From a virus (lineage: Duplodnaviria; Caudoviricetes), in IMG/VR virus record IMGVR_UViG_3300025087_000034: a stretch of DNA of 64,000 bases; one strand, written 5' to 3'. Position 1 is the stretch's first letter; each line of letters starts with the position of its first letter. Position numbers and translations under genes: made by a program. Shown in pieces: positions 37,885-45,871 of the stretch. A model generated the notes under the pieces. It saw nothing but the letters and a program-made list of their open reading frames with translations, made no database searches and was not told where the DNA came from.

Positions 37885-38532
37885 ATGTACAAAAAATACG
37901 AAAAGGTTTTGTTAGAAGAGTGTGGCATAGATTTTAATCGCTATATAACCGTTTTGGCTAATAATGGTAACACTACTGGTATATATGCTGACGTTGCTTT
38001 GTTACTGTATAGGTTAGTAAGGTTTAGTGGTACTAATAGTGTGTTGGAGTTTGGTAGTGGCATGAGTACCCTTATACTGTCAAAGGCTTGTATGGATTAT
38101 GGTAAGAATTTGGTGGTGGGAGAGTCCGGGCGTAAGTGGTATAATATAACAAAGGTGTGTTTAGATGCACTGTCTTTAAACAGCAGAGGGTTTGTGTGTA
38201 CAGATAGCGATGAAAGTAAGTTTCCTGTTTTGGATGGTCCTGTTTCCTTAGTGTGGGTTGATGGTACTGTTTCCGAAGTACAGGGGCCTGGGTATAATAG
38301 GCTGGGGTCTTGTGAGTATTATTGGAATAGTATAAAAGGGGCCTGCCTTCTTTTTGATGATTCTGAGTCTGCTTATATGTCTGGTATTAAACCAGTACTT
38401 GAACAAAACGGCAGAAGTGACGATAGTTATTTTTTATTTAATCCAACCGGGAGAGGTGATAGGCAGGTCTTGGTTTCTGTACCAGAGTCTGGTGAACAAT
38501 TTTTAGACGTTGTAAAATCTTGTATTCTTTAA
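37885..38532 (+). CDS. SAM-dependent methyltransferase-like protein
   Basis: VLEFGSGMSTL, LVWVDG, LLFDDS. Confidence 0.65.
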   Translation: MYKKYEKVLLEECGIDFNRYITVLANNGNTTGIYADVALLLYRLVRFSGTNSVLEFGSGMSTLILSKACMDYGKNLVVGESGRKWYNITKVCLDALSLNSRGFVCTDSDESKFPVLDGPVSLVWVDGTVSEVQGPGYNRLGSCEYYWNSIKGACLLFDDSESAYMSGIKPVLEQNGRSDDSYFLFNPTGRGDRQVLVSVPESGEQFLDVVKSCIL

Positions 38533-38542
38533 GGGGGGTATC

Positions 38543-39304
38543 ATGAGTTATAGAATTTCAGAAGAACAAATACGAAAAGATCAGGCAGAATTTAAGAAGG
38601 AGTATCCTCCGTTTGTGCCTTTTGCACTAAATTCTAGTGATAAAAATAAGTTAGCTAATAAGTTTTCTTCCCTACTAGTAACACAAAACGGAATGGACAC
38701 AGACGACTACTGTGTTAATGATAACAACAAGGTAGAGACGTATTTAAAGGACGTAAAACCTGGCAGCACTGTTTTACTTTTGGGTACGGGTACAGGAAGA
38801 GAGGTGCTGGTGGCTAAAGAGATGGGGTTTTTAGCTATAGGTACGACTTTGGGTTCACGAAATGTTTATTTTGGTCACAAGTTTTTGCGTTTGGGTCCGA
38901 GTGAGTTAGTTGAGTGTGCAAACGAGGTCCTACCTTTTAGAAACAATTCTTTTGACGTTGTAGCTGGGTTCCAAGTATTTGAACATGCCATAGCTCCGTT
39001 TTTATTTTTGATGGAGTTACGAAGGGTTTTGAAGTACGGGGGAAGGGTTTTAATGGAGTGGCCTCCTGCGTCAGACTACCATATGGGCCAAAATCCCCAC
39101 CATCAAGTTTGTTACTGTCCTGGACAGGCGGAGTCCTTGTTACAAAAGGCTTGTTTTGAAAATATAAAGTCCTATTATAGTAATTTGCAGCCCATACCAG
39201 ACGATGAAGTATGGTCTGCTAGGAATCACGGGCATATGTTGTGTGTTGAGGGCATAAAAAGTAGGGCCGAACAAGATTTTGTTGGTTTGTATTTAGGAGC
39301 TTAG
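38543..39304 (+). CDS. class I SAM-dependent methyltransferase (Methyltransf_11-like)
   Basis: VLLLGTGTG, LPFRNNSFDVV, VFEH, RVLKYGG. Confidence 0.85.
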   Translation: MSYRISEEQIRKDQAEFKKEYPPFVPFALNSSDKNKLANKFSSLLVTQNGMDTDDYCVNDNNKVETYLKDVKPGSTVLLLGTGTGREVLVAKEMGFLAIGTTLGSRNVYFGHKFLRLGPSELVECANEVLPFRNNSFDVVAGFQVFEHAIAPFLFLMELRRVLKYGGRVLMEWPPASDYHMGQNPHHQVCYCPGQAESLLQKACFENIKSYYSNLQPIPDDEVWSARNHGHMLCVEGIKSRAEQDFVGLYLGA

Positions 39305-39305
39305 G

Positions 39306-40304
39306 GTGAAGGTACATATTAATTGCCCTGGTATGTGGAGGGCGGACTTGGAAAGCCCAGAAAGGGGAGAGAGCAGGTGGGCTCAAAACTTAGTTAAGTT
39401 GTTGGGCACTGCAGGGCACGAGGTTTATGCTTCTAGTTATGGGTACCCAGAGTGGGTTAACCCTCCTGTTCCTAATGTTACCCTACTTAATGAGACGATG
39501 GATATGAGGGTATTGGGGAAGCTAGACTTACACATAGACGCTTCTTGGTGGGACGGTAAGGTTTTTCCAATAGATGCTAAGAAGAAGGTAATGGTTAAGT
39601 GGTCATTAGAAGACTATTTAAAAAAAGAGCCGTTACCAAAAGACCATTACCTATTTTATCCTTATGAGTCTAGGGAAGTTTTATTTATGAATGACCAAAA
39701 CCCAAGTAGGGATAGAACTTTTTTTATGCCTATACCTTTGTGTGAAAAGTTTGAAGAACCAAAGTTTAATAACAAAGGTATTTTATGGCCCTCAAAGGGG
39801 TTAGACGTAGAGGCAGGCTTTAAGGGGACGGCTGCATTTGTTTTGAAAGAGGTTTTATATCCCCTCCTTGAGCAAGATAATTCATTATTCGTTATTTGGA
39901 TGATGTACCATGAACTTATAAAAACTGATTTAGATATACGAGTACGTAATGGAATAGATGAAAGATATCCTTCATGTGCTTATAATGTAGTTATTGACCT
40001 GTTAAAAAGAAGTAAAATAGCTTTACCAATAAACCATCCCGGATCTATATTAGAATGTGCAGCCTATGGTGTAGCTAGTCTTATATGGGAAGACGCTGGG
40101 TTTTTTCCTGAGGTAGCCAAAAATAATGGTTTATTAATTGAGCGTGGGGCTAAAAAAGAAAGGATTAAAGAAGTTATATTACAACTTCTTAACGATGAAT
40201 CAGTATACAATAAATACGTAAAAGATTTACAGTACGTATTAAGACATCATGAAAACCCAACAGCTCTTTCTATATTTAATGATATAATGAGCAAGATATT
40301 TTAG
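39306..40304 (+). CDS. divergent GT-B glycosyltransferase (paralog of 35885-36910)
   Basis: Shares SPERGE.RWAQNL, WSLE, PKDHY, DRTFF.P.PLCE.F.EP.F; ILECAAYGVASL. Confidence 0.6.
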   Translation: MKVHINCPGMWRADLESPERGESRWAQNLVKLLGTAGHEVYASSYGYPEWVNPPVPNVTLLNETMDMRVLGKLDLHIDASWWDGKVFPIDAKKKVMVKWSLEDYLKKEPLPKDHYLFYPYESREVLFMNDQNPSRDRTFFMPIPLCEKFEEPKFNNKGILWPSKGLDVEAGFKGTAAFVLKEVLYPLLEQDNSLFVIWMMYHELIKTDLDIRVRNGIDERYPSCAYNVVIDLLKRSKIALPINHPGSILECAAYGVASLIWEDAGFFPEVAKNNGLLIERGAKKERIKEVILQLLNDESVYNKYVKDLQYVLRHHENPTALSIFNDIMSKIF

Positions 40305-40324
40305 CTTTCCTAGGAGGATTTAAA

Positions 40325-41206
40325 ATGACCGACCTACCCATCGTTTATTGTGCTATGTGTAAAAACAACCTTTTTCAGTTAAATGAGGCTGTTGAATCTG
40401 TTCTTCCGTTTGTTGACTATGTTGTATTGGTTGACGGAGGCTCAGACGATTGCACGCTATTCCATTTTCATGGAAGGGAGGACGAGGGTATACACCTATT
40501 TTTACACCCATGGAAAGACCATTTTTCTGAGCAGAGAAATAATTATATAAAGAGGGCCAGGGAGGTTGTGGGTTCGGACTCCTTTTGGATTTTGGTTAGT
40601 GACCCAGATGAGCACTTTGATTCACAAACCTTGATGTCTTTGAGGGGGGTTCAAAGTACCTGTGTTAGCAGGAGACTTAATTCCGCGATGTTCAGGTGTA
40701 GGAGTGAGTCTTACATAGGGAACAGGAAGGTGTGGGAAAATTTAGATGATTATCGAAAGTTGTTGTTTTTTTCATACGAACCGGGTATGGAGTACAGAGG
40801 AAATCCTCACGAGCACCTTGTTTTCCCGTCCGGAAATCCCCGGCCATTGGTGACTGATCTAATTTATTCACATAAAAAGTGGGAGTCCGTTATCTGGGAG
40901 CGCGGATGTCGCAATTATTGGATTCAAGGTGGGGGCGATAACGCCGGCGTAAAAAATCAACTTTGGGTGGAATTACGCCAACTTACAAAGGACTACTACG
41001 GAAGGGACCTATCTTGGGCTGAGTTCCAAAGGGAACTTGTCTATGCAACAATACCTGACACGGTAAAGAGTTGGATGATTAATAAAGCTAGGTTGGATAC
41101 AGGCTGGAGCGGGTCATCTGAATCTAGGGAAAATTACAAATATTTTTTCCGGTTTTTACATGCAGAATTAGAACCAGAAGAACTTCGTGGAACTTATATA
41201 GAATAG
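40325..41206 (+). CDS. GT2 glycosyltransferase
   Basis: VDGGSDD, WKDHFSEQRN, WILVSDPDE, PHE. Confidence 0.82.
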   Translation: MTDLPIVYCAMCKNNLFQLNEAVESVLPFVDYVVLVDGGSDDCTLFHFHGREDEGIHLFLHPWKDHFSEQRNNYIKRAREVVGSDSFWILVSDPDEHFDSQTLMSLRGVQSTCVSRRLNSAMFRCRSESYIGNRKVWENLDDYRKLLFFSYEPGMEYRGNPHEHLVFPSGNPRPLVTDLIYSHKKWESVIWERGCRNYWIQGGGDNAGVKNQLWVELRQLTKDYYGRDLSWAEFQRELVYATIPDTVKSWMINKARLDTGWSGSSESRENYKYFFRFLHAELEPEELRGTYIE

Positions 41207-41215
41207 GAGAAAAAA

Positions 41216-41509
41216 ATGAAGTACATGCCTGTAAAGGAATTTCTTGATAGTGGTTTATTATTCTTAGTAAATAAGGATATATTGCATCCTTTAGGTCTTG
41301 CGCTGTCAGTGTCCATAAGTGAAGAGGGAGAATATAGTTTTGTGGGTATTTGGGATTGTAGAGAAGATCCAGGCGGGCTTAGTTATGAAGAGGAAACCTA
41401 TAGAGACGGGCAGGAAAAGTGGCTGAAATATTATGATGAACAAGGTAGAAATAAAATAAGTGAGAGACACACTATTTTAGGTTATGTAGTACAAGAATTA
41501 GACAAGTAG
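41216..41509 (+). CDS. hypothetical protein
   Basis: 97-aa ORF with AGGAG SD, inside the operon. Confidence 0.6.
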   Translation: MKYMPVKEFLDSGLLFLVNKDILHPLGLALSVSISEEGEYSFVGIWDCREDPGGLSYEEETYRDGQEKWLKYYDEQGRNKISERHTILGYVVQELDK

Positions 41510-41512
41510 ATT

Positions 41513-42436
41513 ATGAATATACTTCTTCTTGGTGGCGCTGGTCTTATAGGTCGGCAACTAGAAAAACTTCTATCAGAAGACGGTCATAAAACTACCGTTA
41601 TGGACAATTTTATGACTAGTGATGGTAAAGGATACAAACCAGTTGGAAATATTATAACAGGTAACACAACAATGTTTTCAAATGTAAAACCTGTTTTTTC
41701 TACATTTAGTCCTGATGTTGTTTTTCATTTTTCCGAGTGTTGTACGGACAAAAATGGGGATTATGATTTCATACTTGAGTCTCAAAATAAAATAGGTACT
41801 TGTTATTCTATATTACAATCTTTAAATTTATATAGTGTAAAATATATTTTTTATGGTTCATCTTGTGAGGTTTTTTCTTCCCCCGGCCAAAAAAAATTAC
41901 ACGAGAATAGTAAGACAGGGGGGTTTTCATATACTGGAAAAACAAATGATTATGTAGAAAAGTTCTTTGAAGAAGCTTCAAAATATTATGGGTTTAAATT
42001 TATTCCTATTAGATATTTTAATGTTTGTGGCGAGCGTTTAGTTCCAAATCCTAAGTCTGATATAGTAACTTCTTTTGTTGATTTGGTATTGAATAATGTA
42101 TATTTTGATATTTTTGGTCCAAATTCATTAATTGACGTTTTAGACGTTGACGATGCTGTAAAAGCAACTTATTTATTATATAAGTCTGTTGTTGAAGGTT
42201 CTTTTTGTGGACCAATAAATATTGGTTCTGGTAATCCAATAAAACTTATAGAATTGTTCGAGAAGGTAAATTTTTCTATAACGGATGAAAAATTAAAACC
42301 AGGTAAAATGAAGTCTAATGGGAATGTAGGTTCTTTTGTGTGTGATAATACATTGATGCGCTCTCTTGGGTGGGAGCCTTCTGTGGATATTGAGTCTAGT
42401 ATAGCTAAGGTTGTAAAATTTCGCCGGGGGAAATAA
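41513..42436 (+). CDS. NAD-dependent epimerase/reductase (extended SDR, atypical catalytic motif)
   Basis: LLGGAGLIG, RYFNVCG, IDVLDVDDAV, INIGSG. The YxxxK motif is degenerate (YTGKT). Confidence 0.75.
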   Translation: MNILLLGGAGLIGRQLEKLLSEDGHKTTVMDNFMTSDGKGYKPVGNIITGNTTMFSNVKPVFSTFSPDVVFHFSECCTDKNGDYDFILESQNKIGTCYSILQSLNLYSVKYIFYGSSCEVFSSPGQKKLHENSKTGGFSYTGKTNDYVEKFFEEASKYYGFKFIPIRYFNVCGERLVPNPKSDIVTSFVDLVLNNVYFDIFGPNSLIDVLDVDDAVKATYLLYKSVVEGSFCGPINIGSGNPIKLIELFEKVNFSITDEKLKPGKMKSNGNVGSFVCDNTLMRSLGWEPSVDIESSIAKVVKFRRGK

Positions 42437-42443
42437 AAAAAGA

Positions 42444-44309
42444 ATGAACAAAGAAGAGCTTGAACAATATAGAGCAGAAAAAGGTTTTGCTCTACCGTAC
42501 AAACCCAACTATATATTTATAGATACAGAAGAAGAAGCATTAAAAGCACTAGAACACCTAAAAACATTTGAAGTATTATCTGTAGATACAGAAACTACAG
42601 GTTTATCTCCGTATAATTCAAAACTACTTCTTATACAAATAGCTACACCAGAACTATGCTATATTTTAAACTGTACTAAGGTTGATCCTAAAGTATGGTC
42701 TCCTATTTTTACTGACCTTAATATATTAAAAATCCTACAAAACGCTAAATTCGACTATAAGTTTATAAAGGTATTTTGTGGTGTCTCAATGAGGCCGCTA
42801 TTCGATACTTTTATTGCTGAGGCTTTAATAACTGCTGGTACAAAACAACCGTTAAAATTAAACTTTATTGCTCTAAAATATTTAGGTATAGAAATAAATA
42901 AAGGCGTTAGAACGTCATTTATTGGACAATATAAGACTGATTTTTCTTTGATTGAAAAGTTGTATGCAGCGAATGATGCTTTGATATTGCATAATATCTA
43001 TAATGATCAAGTTGACATTTTAGAGCGTGATGGCTTATTAAATATAGCAATGTTAGAATTTAAGACTATAGTTCCTATAGCTGAGATGGAACTTATTGGC
43101 AGTAGAGTAGATTCTAATAAATGGCGTTTGTTGGTGGAGGTTGCCAGAAAACATATGGGGGAATCGGAGATCAAAGTAAAAGATATTTTGGATCCTGTTT
43201 CTTCGCAACGAGATTTATTTGGTGGTTGCTCTATAAATCTTGGTAGCCCTGCTCAGTTATTGGCCCATTTAACAAGGTTGGGAATAAAGGTCCCTGGCCG
43301 TCAAGGGGTTTTGGAACCGATACAAAATACACAGGAAGAAACGCTTAAACAAATCGCCCATCCAATAGGACCTGCTTTAATAGAGTATCGGGGGTGGGAG
43401 AAAATATGTAACGCTTATGGGGAAAAATTCTTAGAAAAGATAGATGCCAAAACAGGAAGGCTATATGCAGAGTTAAGTCAAATGGGCGCGGGGACAGGAA
43501 GGACGGCTTCTAAAAACCCCAATCTGCAACAAGTTCCAGGGTTTAATCCCGAAGATGAGACTACTTTGGATTTTAGGTCCTGTTTTATAGCTTCTCCGGG
43601 GTACAAACTTGTTGTTGGTGACTACCCACAACAGGAATTACGTATTTTAGCGGAGTTGTCTAAAGATGAAAAGTTTGCTAAGGCGTTTACTTTAGGGGTT
43701 GATCTACACACACGGACAGCCATTGACATTTGGGGTGGAACAGAGGAGGAGGTTAAGCAAAACGGAAATAGAAAAAAGGCAAAATCTATTAATTTTTTAA
43801 TTTCATACGGCGGTCAAGCGTATACGTTAGCAAAAAGATTGGGTATGGACGAAGATGAGGCCCAGAAAATTTTAAATGCCTATTTTTCTACGTATCCTAG
43901 AGTTAAAAAATATATAGAAGAGTATGGGGAAAAGGCTATTAGCAATGGGTATAGTGTTACTTTGGGTGGTAGAAGACGCTATTATGATTTTCCTACTACT
44001 GATGATGAGAAATATGATAGTAAGATGAGAGCGATAAGAAGAAAGGGAGCTAATCATTGCATCCAAGGTACCGCCGCTGATATCGGGAAACAAGCAATTT
44101 GCCATTTCTTTTATGAATTAGAAAAGTTAAATCTAGATGCTCATATCTCGATGTTCATCCATGATGAGATAGTTTGTGAAGCGAAGGTTGAACATGCTAC
44201 TATGGTAGCCAAACTATTGGAGGAATGCATGGTACGAGCCTTTAAAGATTTCTGTAAAAAGATATCAATAACTGTAGAAGCATGTATCGATGATACATGG
44301 AGACACTAG
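42444..44309 (+). CDS. polA: family A DNA polymerase (3'-5' exonuclease + polymerase, no 5'-3' exonuclease)
   Basis: DTETTG, QNAKFD, YAANDA; TGRTASKNPNLQQVP, DYPQQELRILA, KSINF.ISYG, NHCIQGTAAD, IHDEIV. Confidence 0.95.
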   Translation: MNKEELEQYRAEKGFALPYKPNYIFIDTEEEALKALEHLKTFEVLSVDTETTGLSPYNSKLLLIQIATPELCYILNCTKVDPKVWSPIFTDLNILKILQNAKFDYKFIKVFCGVSMRPLFDTFIAEALITAGTKQPLKLNFIALKYLGIEINKGVRTSFIGQYKTDFSLIEKLYAANDALILHNIYNDQVDILERDGLLNIAMLEFKTIVPIAEMELIGSRVDSNKWRLLVEVARKHMGESEIKVKDILDPVSSQRDLFGGCSINLGSPAQLLAHLTRLGIKVPGRQGVLEPIQNTQEETLKQIAHPIGPALIEYRGWEKICNAYGEKFLEKIDAKTGRLYAELSQMGAGTGRTASKNPNLQQVPGFNPEDETTLDFRSCFIASPGYKLVVGDYPQQELRILAELSKDEKFAKAFTLGVDLHTRTAIDIWGGTEEEVKQNGNRKKAKSINFLISYGGQAYTLAKRLGMDEDEAQKILNAYFSTYPRVKKYIEEYGEKAISNGYSVTLGGRRRYYDFPTTDDEKYDSKMRAIRRKGANHCIQGTAADIGKQAICHFFYELEKLNLDAHISMFIHDEIVCEAKVEHATMVAKLLEECMVRAFKDFCKKISITVEACIDDTWRH

Positions 44310-44316
44310 GTTAATA

Positions 44317-44916
44317 ATGTCATCAAGTTATAGTAGTTTGGTAAAGGACATACAAATAGGAAAAATTGAGGGTGAGGACCCCGTGTCTGATTTTATAAGG
44401 AGTGAGTTTGGTATAGATACCATAGTGGCAGGGCATGCCAATAAGGCGTGGGACCTTGAAGTCGTCGGGGTGTATGCCCCTTATGTAGAGGAGAAGCGTA
44501 TACGTAATAAGGACAGGCTTATAAAAAAGTTTGAGTCAAAATTTGGCCATACTTTTGAGATTAAACGGGACATGGTTTCTGACAGGACAGGTAATTTTTT
44601 CTTTGAGGTATTTTCCAATATCCGGGTTAACAATCCAGGGTGTATTGCGGCTTCTAAGGCTGACATGTTAGTTATTGTTACTAGGAAAGAGTTTATATTT
44701 ATAAATAGGGGTTTATTTTTAAGTTGGATTATATCTAATCTTTATTATGATAATGAATTTTCCCGCGGTTGGAAAATGAGAACTTGTAAGAAAGTAAAAG
44801 AAGTCGAACTAAAAAGTTCGCTCATATCACCACAGGTGCGGGGAATATTAATTCCGCTGGACGATATAAAGAAAGAAGCTAGTGTTGGTGTGTTTAAAAG
44901 GGGCGTTATTGTTTAG
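44317..44916 (+). CDS. PD-(D/E)XK-fold nuclease-like protein
   Basis: WDL...FEIKRD...TGNFFFEV...SKADML pattern common in phage nucleases. Confidence 0.55.
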   Translation: MSSSYSSLVKDIQIGKIEGEDPVSDFIRSEFGIDTIVAGHANKAWDLEVVGVYAPYVEEKRIRNKDRLIKKFESKFGHTFEIKRDMVSDRTGNFFFEVFSNIRVNNPGCIAASKADMLVIVTRKEFIFINRGLFLSWIISNLYYDNEFSRGWKMRTCKKVKEVELKSSLISPQVRGILIPLDDIKKEASVGVFKRGVIV

Positions 44917-45801
44917 ATGAGTAGAAAGCGTAATACATTAGAGGAAGTGAGAAAGGTTTTCGAGTCTAGAAGGTATGAGTTACGAAGTGAGGACTATAAA
45001 AATAATAGCACAAAGTTAGACTATAGGTGTCCAAAAGGTCACCTAGGGTCGATGATTTATGGTAGTTTTTATCAAGGAACGAGCTGTCCTATTTGTAACA
45101 TAGAGAACCAAAGGCTCCTTTACAAAGAGGTTGAGAGAGCTTTTGATGCCAGGGGTTATACACTACTTAGTAGGGAGTATAAAAACAACAGTACTAAGTT
45201 AGACTATACGTGCCCAAAAGGTCACCTAGGGTCGATGACCTATGGTAACTTTTATCAAGGAAGGGGCTGTCCTATGTGTAACATAGAGAATCAAAGGCTC
45301 CTTTATGAGGAGGTTGAGAGAGTTTTTGGTGCCAGGGGGTATACATTACTTAGTAAAAAGTATGTGAATGCCCATGCAAAGTTAGATTATAAGTGTCCAA
45401 AAGGTCATTTGGGGTTTATGACTTATAGTCAGTTTCAACAGGGTAATGATTGTCCTATTTGTTCAGAGACTTCCTCTGTTTCTAAAGTGTCACAAAAATG
45501 GTTGGATTGTTTAGGTCTGGCTAAGGAAATGGGAATTAGCAGAGAGGCTAATTTGCAAATAGGGGACCATCGTTTCAAGGTAGATGGTTTCGATTCTAAA
45601 ACAAGCACTGTTTATGAGTTTCTTGGAGATTACTGGCACGGGAATCCAGAAAAGTTTAAGCCACAAGAGTTGAATAAAAGGGCGGGTAGAACCTTTGGCC
45701 AGCTTTATCAAGAAACCCTTGAACGTATTAAGATTTTAGAAGAAGCAGGTTATAAAGTAATTTATATTTGGGAACAGGATTTCTTAAATTCTATAAAATA
45801 A
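44917..45801 (+). CDS. endonuclease with 3 zinc-binding 61-aa repeats and a Vsr/DUF559-like C-terminal domain
   Basis: 3x CPKGH...CPxC; KVDGFD...VYEFLGDYWHGNP...GYKVIYIWE. Confidence 0.8.
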   Translation: MSRKRNTLEEVRKVFESRRYELRSEDYKNNSTKLDYRCPKGHLGSMIYGSFYQGTSCPICNIENQRLLYKEVERAFDARGYTLLSREYKNNSTKLDYTCPKGHLGSMTYGNFYQGRGCPMCNIENQRLLYEEVERVFGARGYTLLSKKYVNAHAKLDYKCPKGHLGFMTYSQFQQGNDCPICSETSSVSKVSQKWLDCLGLAKEMGISREANLQIGDHRFKVDGFDSKTSTVYEFLGDYWHGNPEKFKPQELNKRAGRTFGQLYQETLERIKILEEAGYKVIYIWEQDFLNSIK

Positions 45802-45815
45802 CATTTAACAATTTG

Positions 45816-45851
45816 TAGCCCTATTTGTGTTTTTTGGGCTATTTTTCTTTT
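45816..45851 (+). terminator. possible intrinsic terminator
   Basis: TAGCCC/GGGCTA stem followed by TTTTTCTTTT. Loop is long (14 nt). Confidence 0.4.
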
Positions 45852-45871
45852 GATTTTGGAGATGTATAAAT

